Below, piece after piece: positions 49,405-63,629 of a stretch of 64,000 nt of DNA. Source of the stretch: Heptranchias perlo (taxonomy: Eukaryota); NCBI RefSeq assembly GCF_035084215.1, contig NW_027138451.1, forward strand, positions 186,001 to 250,000, read 5' to 3'. Within the stretch, counting starts at the first letter, position 1. Every line of letters begins with the position of its first letter. The translations under genes were made by a program, and so were the position numbers. Below the pieces are notes generated by a model, which saw nothing but the letters and a program-made list of their open reading frames with translations, made no database searches and had not been told where the DNA came from.

Positions 49405-51045
49405 CATAGAATGGTTACAGCACAGAAGGAGGCCATTCGGCTCGTCGAGCCCGTGCCTGTTCTCTGCAAGAGCAATCCAGCTCGTCCCACTCCCCTGCCC
49501 TTTTCCCCGTAGTCCTGCAAATGTTTCCCTTCAAGTACTTATCCAATTCCCTTTTGAAAACCACGATTGGATCTGCCTCCACCACCCCCTCAGGCAGTCC
49601 ATTCCAGATCATAACCACTCGCTGTGTAAAACAGTTTTTCCTCCTGTCGCCTTTGGTTATTTTGCCAATCACCTTAAATCTGTATCCGCTGCTTCTCGAA
49701 CCTTCCACCAATGGGATCAGTTTCTCTCTATCGACTCTGCCTGGACATCAGGTGATTTTGAACACCGCTATGAAATATCCTATCAACCTTCTCTGCTGGA
49801 AGGTGAACAACCCCAGCTTCTCCAGTCTATACACATAACTGAAGTCCCTCATCCATGGAACCAAGCTAGTAATTCTTTTCTGCACCGCCTCCAAGTCCTT
49901 GACATCCTTCCTAAAGTACAGTCCCCAGAATTGGACACAATACTGCTGTTGTGGCGGAACTAGTGTTTTATAAAGGTTCATCATAACCTCCTTGAAGTTT
50001 GGAGATTCCCATAGCTCTGGCTAGGATAACACCGGGGTAAACAGAGACAGAGCTGGATACACAAAATCTTATGCATATTGTCGAGACAAGGAAGCCATGT
50101 TACCAGGAAACAGAAAATGAGCGGGAACATTGATAATGGCGTATGTAGATTATCATGGACAGGCCACACTAAACTGCTGGCAGGTTGCCAAATTGGCTGC
50201 TGAGGCAGAAAAAATAAGCAAACTCGCAGAGGCAAATACAGTCTATGTAAACCAAATTATACACCAGATCTCACCAAAATATTAACGTCTACAAATAGAA
50301 GAAGACTGCATAGACAACTAAATCACAGAATCGTTGCAGCACAGAAGGATGCCATTCGGCCCATCGAGCCTGAGCAGGCTCCCTGTAAGAGCAATCCAGT
50401 TAGTATACCCAGCTCTTTTCCTGTAGCCCTGCAGTTTTATTTCTCTTCAAATATTTATACAATTCCTTTCTGAAAGCTGCGAGTAAATCTTCTTCCACCG
50501 TCCTTTCAGGCAGTGCATTCCATATCATAACCACTCGCTGCGTAAAAAAGTTTTTCCTCACTTCGCCTTTGGTTCTTTTGCCAATCATCTTAAATCTCTG
50601 TCCTTTGTTTCCGGACCCTTCTGCCAATGGGAACAGTTTCTCTTTGTTTACTTTATTTAAACTCTTCATGATTTTGAACACTTCTATCGAATGCCCTCTT
50701 ATCTTTCTCTGCTCCAAGGAGATCAACCCCAGCTTCTCCAGTCTATCCACGTAACTGAAGTCCCTCATTCCTCGAACCATTCTAGTAATTCTTTTCTGCA
50801 CCCCCTCGAAGGCCGTCATATCCTTCCTAAAGGGCGATGCCCAGAATTGGACACAATACTCCAGTGTTTGATGAAGGCTCATCATAATCTGTTTGATTTT
50901 GTACTCTATGCCTGTATTTAAAAAGCACATGATTCCATATGCTTTTTTAACCGTTTCCTCAACCTGTCCTGCCACCTTCAAAGGTTTGCGCACTCATACC
51001 CCCAGATCTCTCTGTTCCTGCACCACCTTTAGAATTGTACCACTG
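49405..51045 (-). mobile_element. Two CR1 3' fragments (~49405-49995 and ~50325-51045)
   Basis: YCVQFW, RLEKLGL, FFTQRVVMIWN motifs in ORFs 49415..49711, 49748..49984 and 50400..50993. Confidence 0.88.
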
Positions 51046-51469
51046 GGCCACTGAATCATTATTCCTGAAATAAAGGTATTTATATTCAGCCATGGGAGCA
51101 AATGCCCTTACACTTGTTTATCTGCCTGCTTCACACTGTAGAAATTATGATATGCATTAGGCATCCAAGAACGAGGAATTCCATGGAAGGCGCAGCCAGG
51201 GTAAGCACATTGTGGAAAAGAGGGGAACATTCAGCATAAACATTGCTTTGGATTGATGTGGTTGTTGACACTGATGTTCGGGGTAATCAGTGCATGGGAT
51301 GGCCCTAATTGTGTTGGTAAATACAGGTAAGGTTAGCGTTAGTGCCAATATCAACAGAATACTGAGCAGACGCCTGCGGAGTGTGTCAGTGTTTCTGCCA
51401 CTGGGACTGGTGATGACATTGCTGATGTCATTGGGATAGAGGTCAGATATAAGTGAGAGAGGTATTCTA

Positions 51470-52010
51470 CTCTCCTAACTCACCATTCCTTAGAAATCCC
51501 AACTGCCTCTTTTATGATTCAAAGATTTTGCTTCCACTGCCCCACCGGAAGACCATTCCCATGAGTGGCCATTCTTTGTGGAGAGAAGTGCTTTCTTACA
51601 TCAGTCCTGAACTTTCCTTTTACCCGATTCCACCTGTTTCTTATTGACCTGCAGTCGTGGATTAACTTGAAGTAGAGCTCGGGTTTAACCTTTCCGCGTC
51701 CACTAATACATCCGCCTTCTTTAAAGTCCAAATAATCCACCCTTTACTGGTCTTAGCTCCGAACCCGGCCCTCTGACAGTAGAGATGACCTCAGTTGCCC
51801 TTCTTTGCACCGCTCCCAGGGCTTGGACCATTCTGCTGCGCCCCAATGTCCCGAATTGGAATCTGTATCCAAGGCGTGACTTGACCGGGTCACGATATAG
51901 CGTCAGCATGACAGTCTTTGAACTGTGCCTTACTGAGATGGCAATGTAGCCCAGCATTCCGTTTCCTTCATAAATATGGCTCTGTTCTCTACTATATTGC
52001 AATGGACCAT
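51470..52010 (-). mobile_element. Old CR1 3' remnant
   Basis: GMLGYIA...LYR...LGY, VQRRAT, FRTDVRKHFSPQR. Confidence 0.65.
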
Positions 52011-52699
52011 TGTTCTGCTTTAGCATCTGGCTGCAAATAATCGGCTGGATACAGACAGAAAGGAAAATCAGGTAGGGAGAATCTGTTAGTCAAGAAGGAG
52101 GAAAATCGGACGGGCTCCTTTACCAAGGAACGATTCTTTCCACCTGATTTTCCTTTTTCCGCTGGTGTTACTGTAGGCCCAGACCCTGAAGACACAAACC
52201 TACCCACCCCCAACCACCTCCATCTCTTTCAGCTTCTCCCTCATTGAGTTGCACACAATCAAGTAAGCTTGTTCTGCATTTTCCTTCCAATGTTAATTAG
52301 CTAAATGATATTTCATCTGTCGTAATCCGGCCCACATTAAAATATTACTGAGGTTTTCACGTAAGCCACGGATTTTTCTATTAGAGTCCCTTCCTTTTAT
52401 CAATGATTTGGACCAACTTACATGACTTTCTGAATTGGGGCCACTTTAAAACTCAGAAAATGTAAAACTCTTGATGACCATCCCTGGGGGACTGCGTTCA
52501 TCTTCCAAGCCCTAAATCAGTCCCCAAATTACTACCAGCTGCTTACCCTCATCAAGACAATGGCTTACCCATCTCCAGGTTTTACCAATGATAACAATGG
52601 AAAATAAAACCGAGCCAGGTGTAAAACAGGTTTTCGATTCGTTATCACCCGACATTCTCCCGGCAGTGAGTAAAAATTACTCGCCCCCCGTGAAGTTAC

Positions 52700-55600
52700 A
52701 ACACATTGTCATTCGGGATCGAGTGACTGAGCACGTGAACAAATATCAAATGTTCAGAGAGAGCCAGCACGGCTTTGTTAATGTAAGTCATGTCGGCCTA
52801 ATCAAGTCGAATTTTATGAGGAGGTCACTATTAAGTTAGACGTGGAAGTTTCTGTGGATGTTTTCTGTATGGAGGGCCAGAAGGCGTTCGATCAGGTTCC
52901 ACACAGGTGATTATTAGAAAAAATAGGTGTGAACGGAATTGAAAATAGCCCTTTGACAAAGGTTGGAAATTGGATGGGAGATCGGAGACAGGGAGAGGGG
53001 ATAACGGGTACGTTGTTAGATTGAGAGGATCTGAGAAGTGGTCTTCTCCAATGATCTATCTGTTTCTGGCTTCAACTTCTCACCATAGTTAATAATGCCT
53101 TGGGTGACGGAATGGAAATTTGTATCTCCAAGTTTGCAGATTACACTAATTAGGAGGGATAGTTTGTAGTGCAGATGGGAGCAGGGTGTTGAAAAGGACA
53201 TAGGCAGATTAAGTGAGTGGGAAAATCTGTGGCAGATGGAGTTCAAGACACAAGAATGATGAATCGGAGAATTGTCTAAATCGTAGGAAGCTTGGAACTG
53301 TAGAGGCGCATAGAGATTTGGGAGTCCAAGTGCACCAATCATTAAAAGCTAGTAGACAGTTACAAGAAGTAATCGAAATGGTGAATGGAATGTTGGCCAT
53401 TTCTCAAGGAGGGTGGAATACAAAGAGAAGGAAGTTACGCATCAGTTGTACAGACTCTTGATATAAGTCTCGGTGTCCCAGATAGAATAACTATAGTTAG
53501 CTATTAAAATATATATCCACATATTTTTACACATTCTGGAATAGCTATCTAAGCTTAGGTCTGTAATATTCGAGACAATGCTTCATTAACCGTCCAGGAG
53601 AAGATATAAGAAATATGAAGTAGTAAGTATATCATGAATCAGTCAATAAGACGGAGGGGAGGAAACGGTATGAATACGCTTATGTTATGCATGCACGGGA
53701 AAGAGACAAGGCTCCAAATGCTCAATCAAATGTGCAATGTCCAGAGTGCAAAAAAGAACCGAACACATCAAAGGCATGCACAACAAATGGTAGCAGCTAA
53801 CCTCACCACTAAACGAGCTCACGTGTCAACAGTATACACACAGAACGTGATGACATATGGTACCCACATTACCTAATTAAACATGTAATAGATAAAACAC
53901 ACTGGAGCTCATGGGGAACTTCAATTCTGAAGGATTCCTTGGTATGTGAGTATTGGTTTCGATATCGCACATGCACAGCGTGTAAGGGCTATTGTTTTAT
54001 TATCTACTTGAGTTCGTTTGATAACATTTATTTACCAGACGTTTCAGTGTTTCTTAGTCCTCGAAGAAATTTACCATTGTGGGGGAGTACAAAACTAGGG
54101 TAAATAAATATAATCGTAAATATAATATTAAATCCAATAATGAATTCAGGAGAAACTTCTTACTCAGGCAGTGGTGAGAATGTGGAACTCGTTATCACAG
54201 GGAGTGGTTGATGTGAACAGCATAGATGCATTTAAGGGGAAACTGGATGAATTCATGAGCGAGAAAGGAATAGAAGGATATGTTGATCGGCTGAGTTCAA
54301 GTAAGTTGCGAGGAGGCTCGTGTGTATTATAAATACCGGCATAGACCATTTGGGCCGAATGGCCTGTTTCTGAACTGTAACATTCCATGTAATTCCATGT
54401 AATAACGGTCAATATCCCATTAGCCTTTTTGATTGATTTTTGTACCCGTTCAGCAGCTTTAAATGATTTGTACACTTGGATTCCCAAATCTCGTTGATCC
54501 TCTACAGTTCCTAATCTCTCAGTATCTAGAAAATTCTCCGATTTATCTTTCTTAGTGACCTCCCACTTGCCCACATTGAAATCCATCTGCCATAGTTTTT
54601 CCCACTCACTTAATCTGTCTTAGTCGCTTTGTAACTTTCTGTTCCCACCCACACAACTTACTGTTCCTCATAATTAATGTCATCTGCAGACTTGGATATA
54701 CAACTCCCGTTCCTTCATCCAAGTCATTAATAAAGGTGGTGAAACTTTGAGGCCCCAGAAAAGATCCCTGGAGCACATCACTTATCAGATCCTGTCAATC
54801 TGATTACACACCTTTTATCCCAACTCTTACCTTTTCCCAATAATGTTTTGTATGGAACTTTATCGAATGCCTTCTGGAAGTCCGTTTAAATAATATCCAT
54901 AGAAATACCCTTGTCTGGATCGGAATAAAAGCTAATTTGATGGGGATGTGAATGGAACAAGGGCAGGTAAGCTCGAATAAAACTGACAAACAAAGAAATA
55001 GAACGGCAGTGGGAAATATTTAAAACGGTGATCAATAGTTCCCCGGATAAATATATGCCTCTTAAAATCCAGAACCAAATACATATACAACAAATGAAAG
55101 GATGACAGAAGGGAATACGAAGAGCTTCGGAAAGAAATACAAGAACAATTAGGAGGCGAAAAACAACCACGAGATTAAATTGTCAGGGATATAAAAAATA
55201 AATACTAACGTATTCTATAGAAACATAAATAACAAGAGAAAAATCAGGATAGGAATAGGGCCACTAAGCGAAGGACACGATAAACTCAGTGGTAATGACA
55301 GCGAAATGGTAGTAATATTGAATAATTACTTTGCCTCCGTATTTACCAGGGATACTAATAAGGTGGGCAGGACATTAGGAGAAGAGATCGAAAAAGCTAT
55401 GAAAACAATTAAGATGGAAAGGAGGAGAGATAATTGATAACATAATCAAACTTAAGGAGAATAAGATCCCTGGTCCGGATGGATTGCATCTGCGATTGTT
55501 TTTAAAGATAGGGAAGAGATAGCAGAGGCGCTATTGCATGTCTGTAAGAATAGACTAGAAATAGGAATAGTGCCAGAAGGCGAGGGGACAGCTTATGTTA

Positions 55601-58600
55601 GTGCTATATTATTTTTTAAAAGGGATAGAACAAGTCCAGGAAACGATAGAATAGTTAGTTTAACGTCGGAAGTAGGAACGATAATGGAATCTTTACTCAA
55701 AGATGAAATAGAAAGACATCTAGAGAATGAAATTATAATAAGGAAGATTCAGAAATGATTTCAGAATGGAAGGTCATGCTGACCAACCTTATTGAATTCC
55801 TTGAAGAAGTAACAGAAAGACTAGGCTAGGGTAATACAGTAAATGTAATATATTTGGATTTTGAAAAGGCCTTCGATGAGGTACAGCATTGTAGACTCAT
55901 GGTGAAGGTCAGAGCATGTGGACTCAGGGGGCAGGTAGCAGAATGGATTGCAAATTGGCTACAAAACAGAAAATAGAGAGTAGGGGTTAAGGTTTGCTTC
56001 TCAGGCTGGCAAAAGGTGGGAACTGGTGTTCCACAGATATCGGTACTGGGACAACTGTTCTTCTCAATGTACATGAACGAATTTAATTCAGGAATCGGAA
56101 GTACACTTTCAAAATTTATAGGCGACACAAAATTGGGATGTTTTAGTTAATACAAAGGAAGAATGCGTCAAAATGCAAAAGGACGTTAATAAACTCGCGA
56201 AAGTGTGTGTAATTGACAAATCAATTTCAATATTGATAAGTGTGAGGTGATGCATTTTGGCAGGAAGAATAAGGAGACCACATACTGCTTGGATAGTAAG
56301 GGTTAAATAGGATAGAGGAGTCAAAGGATCGTGGGGTAAAGATACACAAATCACAAAAAGTAGCGACACGGGTTAATAAGGCTACAAAAAGGCAAGTCAA
56401 GCACTAGGGTTCATTTCGAGAGGGATAGAATTGTAAAGCAGAAAAGTTACGTTGAACTTGTATAGAACCTTGATTGGACCACACTTGGAGTATTGTGCAC
56501 ATTTCTGGTCTCCATATTATAAAAAAGATGTAGACGCATTGGAGAGGGTGCAAAAAAGATTCGCAAGGATGATACCAGAACTGAAAAGATATCCTTATCA
56601 GGAAAGGCTGAACAGACTCTCTCGAGAAAAAAAGACTGAGGGGTGAACTGATACAGGTGTTTAAGATAATGATGGGGTTTTTAGAATTGATCAGGAGAAA
56701 ATGTTTACTCTTGTCGGGGAGTCCTAAACTAGAAGACATAAATCTAAAATTGTCGTTAATAAATCCAATAGGGAATTCAGGAGAAACTTCTTTACCCGAA
56801 GAGTGGTAAGAATGTGAAACGCGCTACCACAAGGAGTAATTGAGGCATAGATGTATTTAAGGGTAAGCTGGATAAGCACATGAGGGGAAATGGAATAGAA
56901 GGGTATCGAGATAAGCTTGAATGAATTAAGGAGGGAGGAGGCTCGTGTGGAGAATAAACGCCGGCACAGATCAGTTGGGGCGAATATCCTGTTTCTTTGC
57001 AGTAGTTTCGATTTAACTTGATATGCTTTATTCATGGCCGCCTCAAAAAAATCATCCAGATGAGCCAGATGTCACTTACCCTTAACAAAGCCATGCTTGT
57101 TCTTTCTGAACGGCTGCTATTTGTTCACGTGCTCTTTCACTCTCTCTCTAATGAAAGACTCTGGTAACTTCTTCATAACTTATGTTAAACAGCAAAGTTT
57201 GCAGTTTCCTGGTTTCTCTCTCTCAGCCCTATTAAATAATAAAGTGACATTAGCAATTTCCAATCTAACTGCACAATTACCGAACCAACAAATCATAGAA
57301 AGATTATGACGAACGCTTCTATATTTTCCTCACCTTCTTCCTTTAATTCCCTGGCCTGGAATCCATCCGGTTCAGGTGATTTATCTATCTTAAATCCCAT
57401 TATTACCTCCATACCTTTTTTTTTTTACCAATATTGAATACAATGAGATATACCCCTTGATTTATTTTTAGTTTCTCTTCCAACACTGATATTTTATCCG
57501 CTTCCTGTACTGTGAACACGGACACAAAGTGCTCGTTTAATAAATTCGCCATGAACTTGTTAACTATTACAGTATTAGTTGCATCTGTCTTTAATGGCTT
57601 GCATCTCACTGAGCCACACTCTTATTCTTAATATATTCAGAAAATCATTTACTATTAGCCTTTATATTACTTGGAAGTTTTTCATTATTCCTTTTTTACA
57701 GCTATTAATATTTTCTTTGTGACCTTTTGTTGTTCTCTGTATTGTTCCCAGTCTGCTGGATTACAACTTTTCTGGGCATTGATGTAAGGTTAATATCCTA
57801 CAACCGTGCTAGCAGTGAAACGTGTTTCAATAATTGTGCAGATCAGCTCAGTCAAGACAATAGGGAATCAATGAGTTGAAAAAGGGGGGAGTGGTCAGGT
57901 GAGGGGGAATTTAGAAATCTAAACAGAAAAGTCAAGGCAATAGAGCAGTCGAGTGATTTGGGTAAAGAGAAGCAGAGTGTGACAGGAAGGGATAGAGAGT
58001 TTAACGGTAATCGCGCGTCAGTGAATAAAGTCAAAGAAGGGAAAAAATGGTAAAAAATAAAATTAAAGGCGCTTTATCTGAATACATGAAACATGAAACA
58101 TTCGTAACAAGATAAACGAATTCGTGGCACAAATAGGGATAAGTGGATTTGATAGCTTTTACAGAGACGTGGTTGAAAGGTGACCAGGATTGGGAACTAA
58201 ATATTCCAAGGTAATTGACGTTTCGAAAAGACAGGCAGAACTTGGGATAGCCCTGATAATAAAGGATGACATAAGGACAGTAGTGAGAAAGGATCTTAGC
58301 TCGGAAGATCCGGAATTAGAATCAGTATGGGTGGAAATATGAAATAACAAGGGGAAGAAAACATTGCTGGGAATAGTTTATAGGCCCACTCATAGTAGCT
58401 ATACCGTTTGACACATAATTAATCAAGAAATAAGATGAATTTGTAACAAAGGGAATGCAATAATCGTGGCGGACTTTAATCTTCATATGGACTGGACAAT
58501 TCAAATTGGCAAAAGTAATCTGGAGGATGAGTTCATGGAATGTATTCGAGGCAGTTTTTTGAGAACAATGCATCATGGACCCAACCGGGGAACAGACTAT

Positions 58601-58605
58601 TTTAT
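52700..58605. mobile_element. Nested CR1 cluster: + 52700-53460/54060-54400; - 54405-54915 and 57030-57790 (one element split by the + element at ~54920-57010); + 57850-58605
   Basis: RT motifs in both orientations. The minus-strand element reads HGFVKGK...DFFE (~57040) and resumes at DKGISMDII (~54915) across the inserted copy. Confidence 0.8.
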
Positions 58606-59399
58606 TACAATCAGATGCGCAGTGGTGTGAAGTGTTTCGGGCTTTGCATTAGTTATGAAAGGGCCAGTGCAATGTTGGGGGTTAATGTGAAGAGTGCCCT
58701 CTGGGATGTATGATTGCAGCGGGTGAGATTGTCAATACAATAAATGAGAGTTGCAAAACCAGCTCCAAATGGCAGCACCAGTCACAGTATAACTACAGCT
58801 CAATAAGGAGCACGGTTTAAAGATGCCCAAATTGTACATGTGGAACTCGTACACGCTTTATTCTAATATTACAAAGTATCTGCCCGAGGGAAGGAGCTCA
58901 CGCAGCATCCCTTTGTCCCTGATCTTTAAGCAAGGTCCATGCGGCTGTGTCCCTCACTCAGGGAGCTGTAAATGCTGTAAATCACCCCACACATGTTGAT
59001 CTGACACTGCTCCCTGTCGCAGCATTGTACTCAGTGACTCCTCCTAGTTTTACTTCCTAAAAGTTATCTGAGAAACTCAGTCTATATGTCGCACGGGGCA
59101 GACCCGATCTTTGATATTAAGGCTCCGATAAGCACAGCAAATGGTTAATAATTGAGACTAGAACTGAAGAATATGAGCGGAGCAAACGAGTCCCTGTAAC
59201 ATTCCTCTTTCCACTACTTAACTGGGGAGTTCACCCGTTTAAAATAAACAAATCAAATTTTGTGCTAAAAAGGCGAACAGAGGAAACGCTTCCCAATGTT
59301 CAAAATGCTGATTCCCCAACGACATCAACACGAAAATCAAGGTTGTGATGTCAGGTGGAATTAATGCTCATGATATCAGCAATCATAACTCTGACTGAG

Positions 59400-60710
59400 T
59401 TGATATCAGTAATAATCATAGGGAGCCAGCATGGAGTTGTAAAGGATATGTCACGCCTGAGGAATCTGATTGATTTTTTTAAAGAGGTGTCTAAAGTAGT
59501 AGACAGGGGAATATTTCTATGGCTGTTATTTATATGGACATCCAGAAGGCATCCGATAAAGCCCCTCATAAGAGACTGTTAGCTAAAGTTGAAGCTCGTG
59601 GAATTAATGGGAAATTATTGACTTTGTTAGGAAATTGTCTGAGGGGTAGCAGACAGAGAGTAGGGATAATGGGCAGGTACTCAAATTGGCAGTATGTGAC
59701 TAGTGGTGTCCCACAGGGGCAGGGGTTGGGGCCTCAACTATTCACTGTAATTATTAACGACTTAGATGACGAGACAGAGAGCCACATATCCAAATTTGCC
59801 GATGACACAAAGACAGGCAAGATAACAGTATGGATGGAAGCATAAAATTACAGAGAGATATTAATAGATTAAGTGAATGGGTAAAATTGTGGCAAATGGA
59901 TTTCAATGTGGGCAAATGTGAGGCCATCCACTTTGGGCCGAAAAAAAAAATCAGAGTACATTCTAAATGTTGAAAAGCTCGAAACAGTGGAGCTCCAAAG
60001 AGACGGAGGCGTCCATGTGCAGAGATCATTAAAATATCATGGACAGATACAGAACATAATCAAAAAGTTTAATGGAATTCTGGCCCTGATATCTAGAGGA
60101 TTGAATATAAGGGGGTAGAATTTATGCTACACCTAGAGAAAGCCGTGGTTAGACCACACCTGGAGAACTGTGTTCAGTTCTGGGCAATTCACCTTCGGAA
60201 GGACATATTGGCCTTGGGGGGAATGCAGCGTAGATTTTCTAGAATGATACCTGGACTCCAAGAGTTAAATTTCGATGTGAGATTACACAAACTCGGGTTG
60301 TATTCCCTGTAATTTAGGATATTAAATGAGTGATTTGATAGAAGATTTCAAGATATTAAGGGGAATTGATAGTGTAGATCGGGAGAAACTATTTCCGCTG
60401 GTTGGGGAGTCGAGGACTAGGGGACATAGTCAAAAAATTAGAGCCAGAACTTTCAGGAATGAAGTTAGGAAACGCTTCTACACGCAAAGGGTGGAGGAAG
60501 TTTGGAACTCTCTTCCACAAACGGCAGTTGATGATTGCTCAACTGTTAATTTAAAAGCTGAGATTGATAGATTTTTGTTAATCAAAGTGATTAAGTGATA
60601 TGGGGCTAAGGCAAGTATCAGGAGTTAGGTCACAGATCAACCATGATTTCATTGAATGGCGAAACAAGCTCGAGGGGCTAAATGGCCTACTGCTGTTCCT
60701 AGGTTCCTAT
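59400..60710 (+). mobile_element. CR1 RT and 3' end
   Basis: SQHGVVK, GVPQG...SKFADDTK, PHLENCVQFW, FYTQRVEEVWNSLP; tail gttcctaggttcctat. Confidence 0.88.
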
Positions 60711-61689
60711 CTTACTAATTAGATCCGAAATAATTGTCATGCTGTTAACTCTACATTGTTCCATTAATACTTCCATGTTGCCAGGTTAAGTAGATGACCA
60801 AGGTTATGAGTGACAACCTCCAGTAGATGACACATATTTTCATTGCATGATTGATGATTGTGGTGTGAATCGAATAACTGGGCCCTCGTTCCAGCGAATA
60901 TCAATAACAAACAATTTGGATGGTAACGTCTGGGGAGATCATCGAGGAGTTTTTCCGCTCCGGGAGCGCGTATCGGATCATTGCCAGGCAGTGATTTACA
61001 CCCCATGGAAATTAATGGTCGCAAAAACACGAGAGGGGTGCGCAATTTCACGGTTTGCACTCCGGGAATATATGTACAGGGCAGCAGCGGAAAATGCACC
61101 CTTTGACTTTTACAGAGAGACCAGTATCTGTAGAATAACTCCCCAAGTCGGCGCCGTGAGTGCCGGTAGACTCGGTTATCGTGGAGGGGTGAGAAAGAAC
61201 CCGTCTCTCGTCTGATGGGAAATTTACACAATTCCAACGGGAATTTTGTTTGGTGCTTTTCAGGATGTAGTGCATGTTGTTTCAGTCAGATTTATTGCAG
61301 CTGGGGCCAAGTGTTCTGCCCATGAAGATAGACCAGCGGTGTCATCTCGAACAGACGATTGGACAGCTCCAGGCCAGATAACGGCTTTTAACAGATGAGA
61401 GCTGTTGTCGGACCTTCCAAACACCAATAGCACCCGCAACATAAATTGTCAGGCAGTCCGTCAGATTGGACAATCCCCTTTCAACCAGCAGGGGTCCATG
61501 TTCGGCTCGATCTTATCGCTGGTGCACAAAGGTTGCATTGATTAAATGTTAAGCCGCTAAAGTCTCAATGTGAAGTAATTAAAAGCACAGATGACAGCAA
61601 GCGAGGAGAGTTATGGAATTCGCTTATGCAGCCAAAATATTACATAGAATGGGCTCCGCGGTCTGCACGTAATACACAGAAATATATAA

Positions 61690-63140
61690 AAGTTAGAACA
61701 CGGAAACAGACAATTAGACTCAAGCAGACTGTGTCGCCGATTGCTCTCCAAACAAACGACGAGTTCTTATCACATTTACCCACCCCTTTTCCAGATCGCT
61801 AAAACCGCTTTTCTGCCTCCACCTGTCCAATCTAATTTTGAATGTTGACATAATTTATCTATGGGTTCTCGTCTTGACCCCTCAACCACTGGAAACAATC
61901 TGTTTCTATCTACCCTGTCCCATTCTTCAATCATTTTAAATATTAATATTATATCGTTCCATAATCGAAGTTGTTCCAACGAAGAAAGGCCCAATTTTCA
62001 AATCTATCATCATATTTATATTTCCTCACACGAAGCAGCATCCTAGTCAGTCTGTGTTGTAATATTCTTCCCACAGTGTGGAGCCCAATACTGCACACTG
62101 CATTGAAGCTGCATCCTAGTCAGTAGGTGCTGTAATATTCTTCCTATTGTCTGGAGCCCATTACTGCACACGGTCTTGCAGCAGCATCCTAGTCCGTCTG
62201 TGTTGTAATATTCTTCCTATAGTGTGGAGCCCAATACTGCACACAGTACTCTAACTGAGGTCTTATTAAGGTTTTATATCGGCTCATCATCACCTATTGG
62301 GTTTTATATTATGTGCCTCTTATAATAAACCTAGAATTCCATTAGCTTTTCCATAGCATTATCAACCTGACGCGCTGCCTTTTATGTCCTGTAAACTCAT
62401 ATCCCCAAATCCCTCTGCTCTTCCACAGCACTGTGCCTACTTCCATTCAGAGTATAATTGCTACTCTTGTCTTTATAAAAATGCATCAACTCACAATTAC
62501 TGATATTGAATTCCATCTGCCACTTTTCAGTCCATTCCCCCATTTTATTAATATCCCTTTCCAGCTTCCTTTGGCCCTCTAAATAATTAACTATACTCCT
62601 ATTTTGGGATCACGTTCAAATTTCGATACCACTTTCTCCAGTCCTAGATTCAGATCATTGGTATACGTGGTGAATGGAAGTGTCCCCAGAACCGAATTCT
62701 GTGGGATATCACTACCCAATTCCAACCACTCTGAATATAGTGAGCTCTCTGAACCGAATCCTGAGGGATATTAGTACCCACTTCCAACCACTCTGAATAT
62801 AGTGAGCTCTCTGTGGGATATCACTACCCACTTCCAACCACTCTGAATATAGTGAGCTCTCTGTGGGATATCACTACCCACTTCCAACCACTCTGCATAT
62901 ATTGAGCTCTCTGTGGGATATCACTACCCACTTCCAACCACTCTGAATATAGTGAGCTCTCTGTGGGATATCACTACCCACTTCCTACCACTCTGAATAT
63001 AGTGAGCTCTCTGTTTCCTCTCTTCTAATCTCTTTTAATCCAGTTTACCCTCCTCTCCTTATTTCTATGCTCCATAATCTTGACATAATTTCCACTGTGG
63101 TAACTTGTTAAAGGCATTCTTAAAGTCCATGTATTTTGCA
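61690..63140 (-). mobile_element. Old CR1 3' half containing internal tandem amplifications
   Basis: GLSSLEQLRL..., degenerate RT motifs; internal repeats at 62035-62250 and 62699-63014. Confidence 0.7.
62699..63014. repeat. 50-bp tandem repeat, ~6 copies
   Basis: Unit ctgtgggatatcactacccacttccaaccactctgaatatagtgagctct at 62699, 62761, 62811, 62861, 62911, 62961. Confidence 0.95.
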
Positions 63141-63573
63141 AACTGGATTAATAAAGGTCCAGAGGCCACAGCGCAAACCAAACTGCAGGTCCGGTGCTAT
63201 TAATGCGGCTGATGCGAAGTTTGGGTTTCGTGGTTACCGCGGGGCGGCCGCTCCGTTTGTCACCGTAAAAAATATATAGTAGTAATTATTTGAGAGAGCG
63301 CATTTTTGCTGTTTTCGATGGGTTGAACTGCCATATAAGTGCGGATATTATTCTTAATATAGCATTAAAGTGTCACCAAATTATTACACTGGGAGAAGTA
63401 TGGAAGCACAATCGACGTGGATGCAAAGTTCCCAACAGAGTTCCCATGAAGCGTGTGCTCCATATCTCCACTGATCTCTTCATGTTAATTGGATGAAGAT
63501 TTCACTGGCGTGAGTGACTATGGATATAGGGGACATGATGCAACACATCACAAACCGCGAGCTATACTCACTG

Positions 63574-63629
63574 CTAATGGTCTCTCCCTCTGCCCTATGC
63601 AAATCAGCTCACGCTCTCGCGATTTATAA
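63574..63629 (+). promoter_or_regulatory. Ig V-gene promoter: heptamer-like CTAATGG, pyrimidine tract, octamer ATGCAAAT (63597-63604), TATA-like TTTATAA (63623-63629)
   Basis: Exact octamer 127 nt upstream of the leader ATG, in the VH-promoter orientation. Confidence 0.75.

Noticed and set aside
49244-49963. 239-aa ORF and similar ORFs antisense to LINEs (e.g. 703..1182, 34035..34550)
   Set aside because: Shadow frames of CR1 or family B coding sequence, with no independent domain signal.
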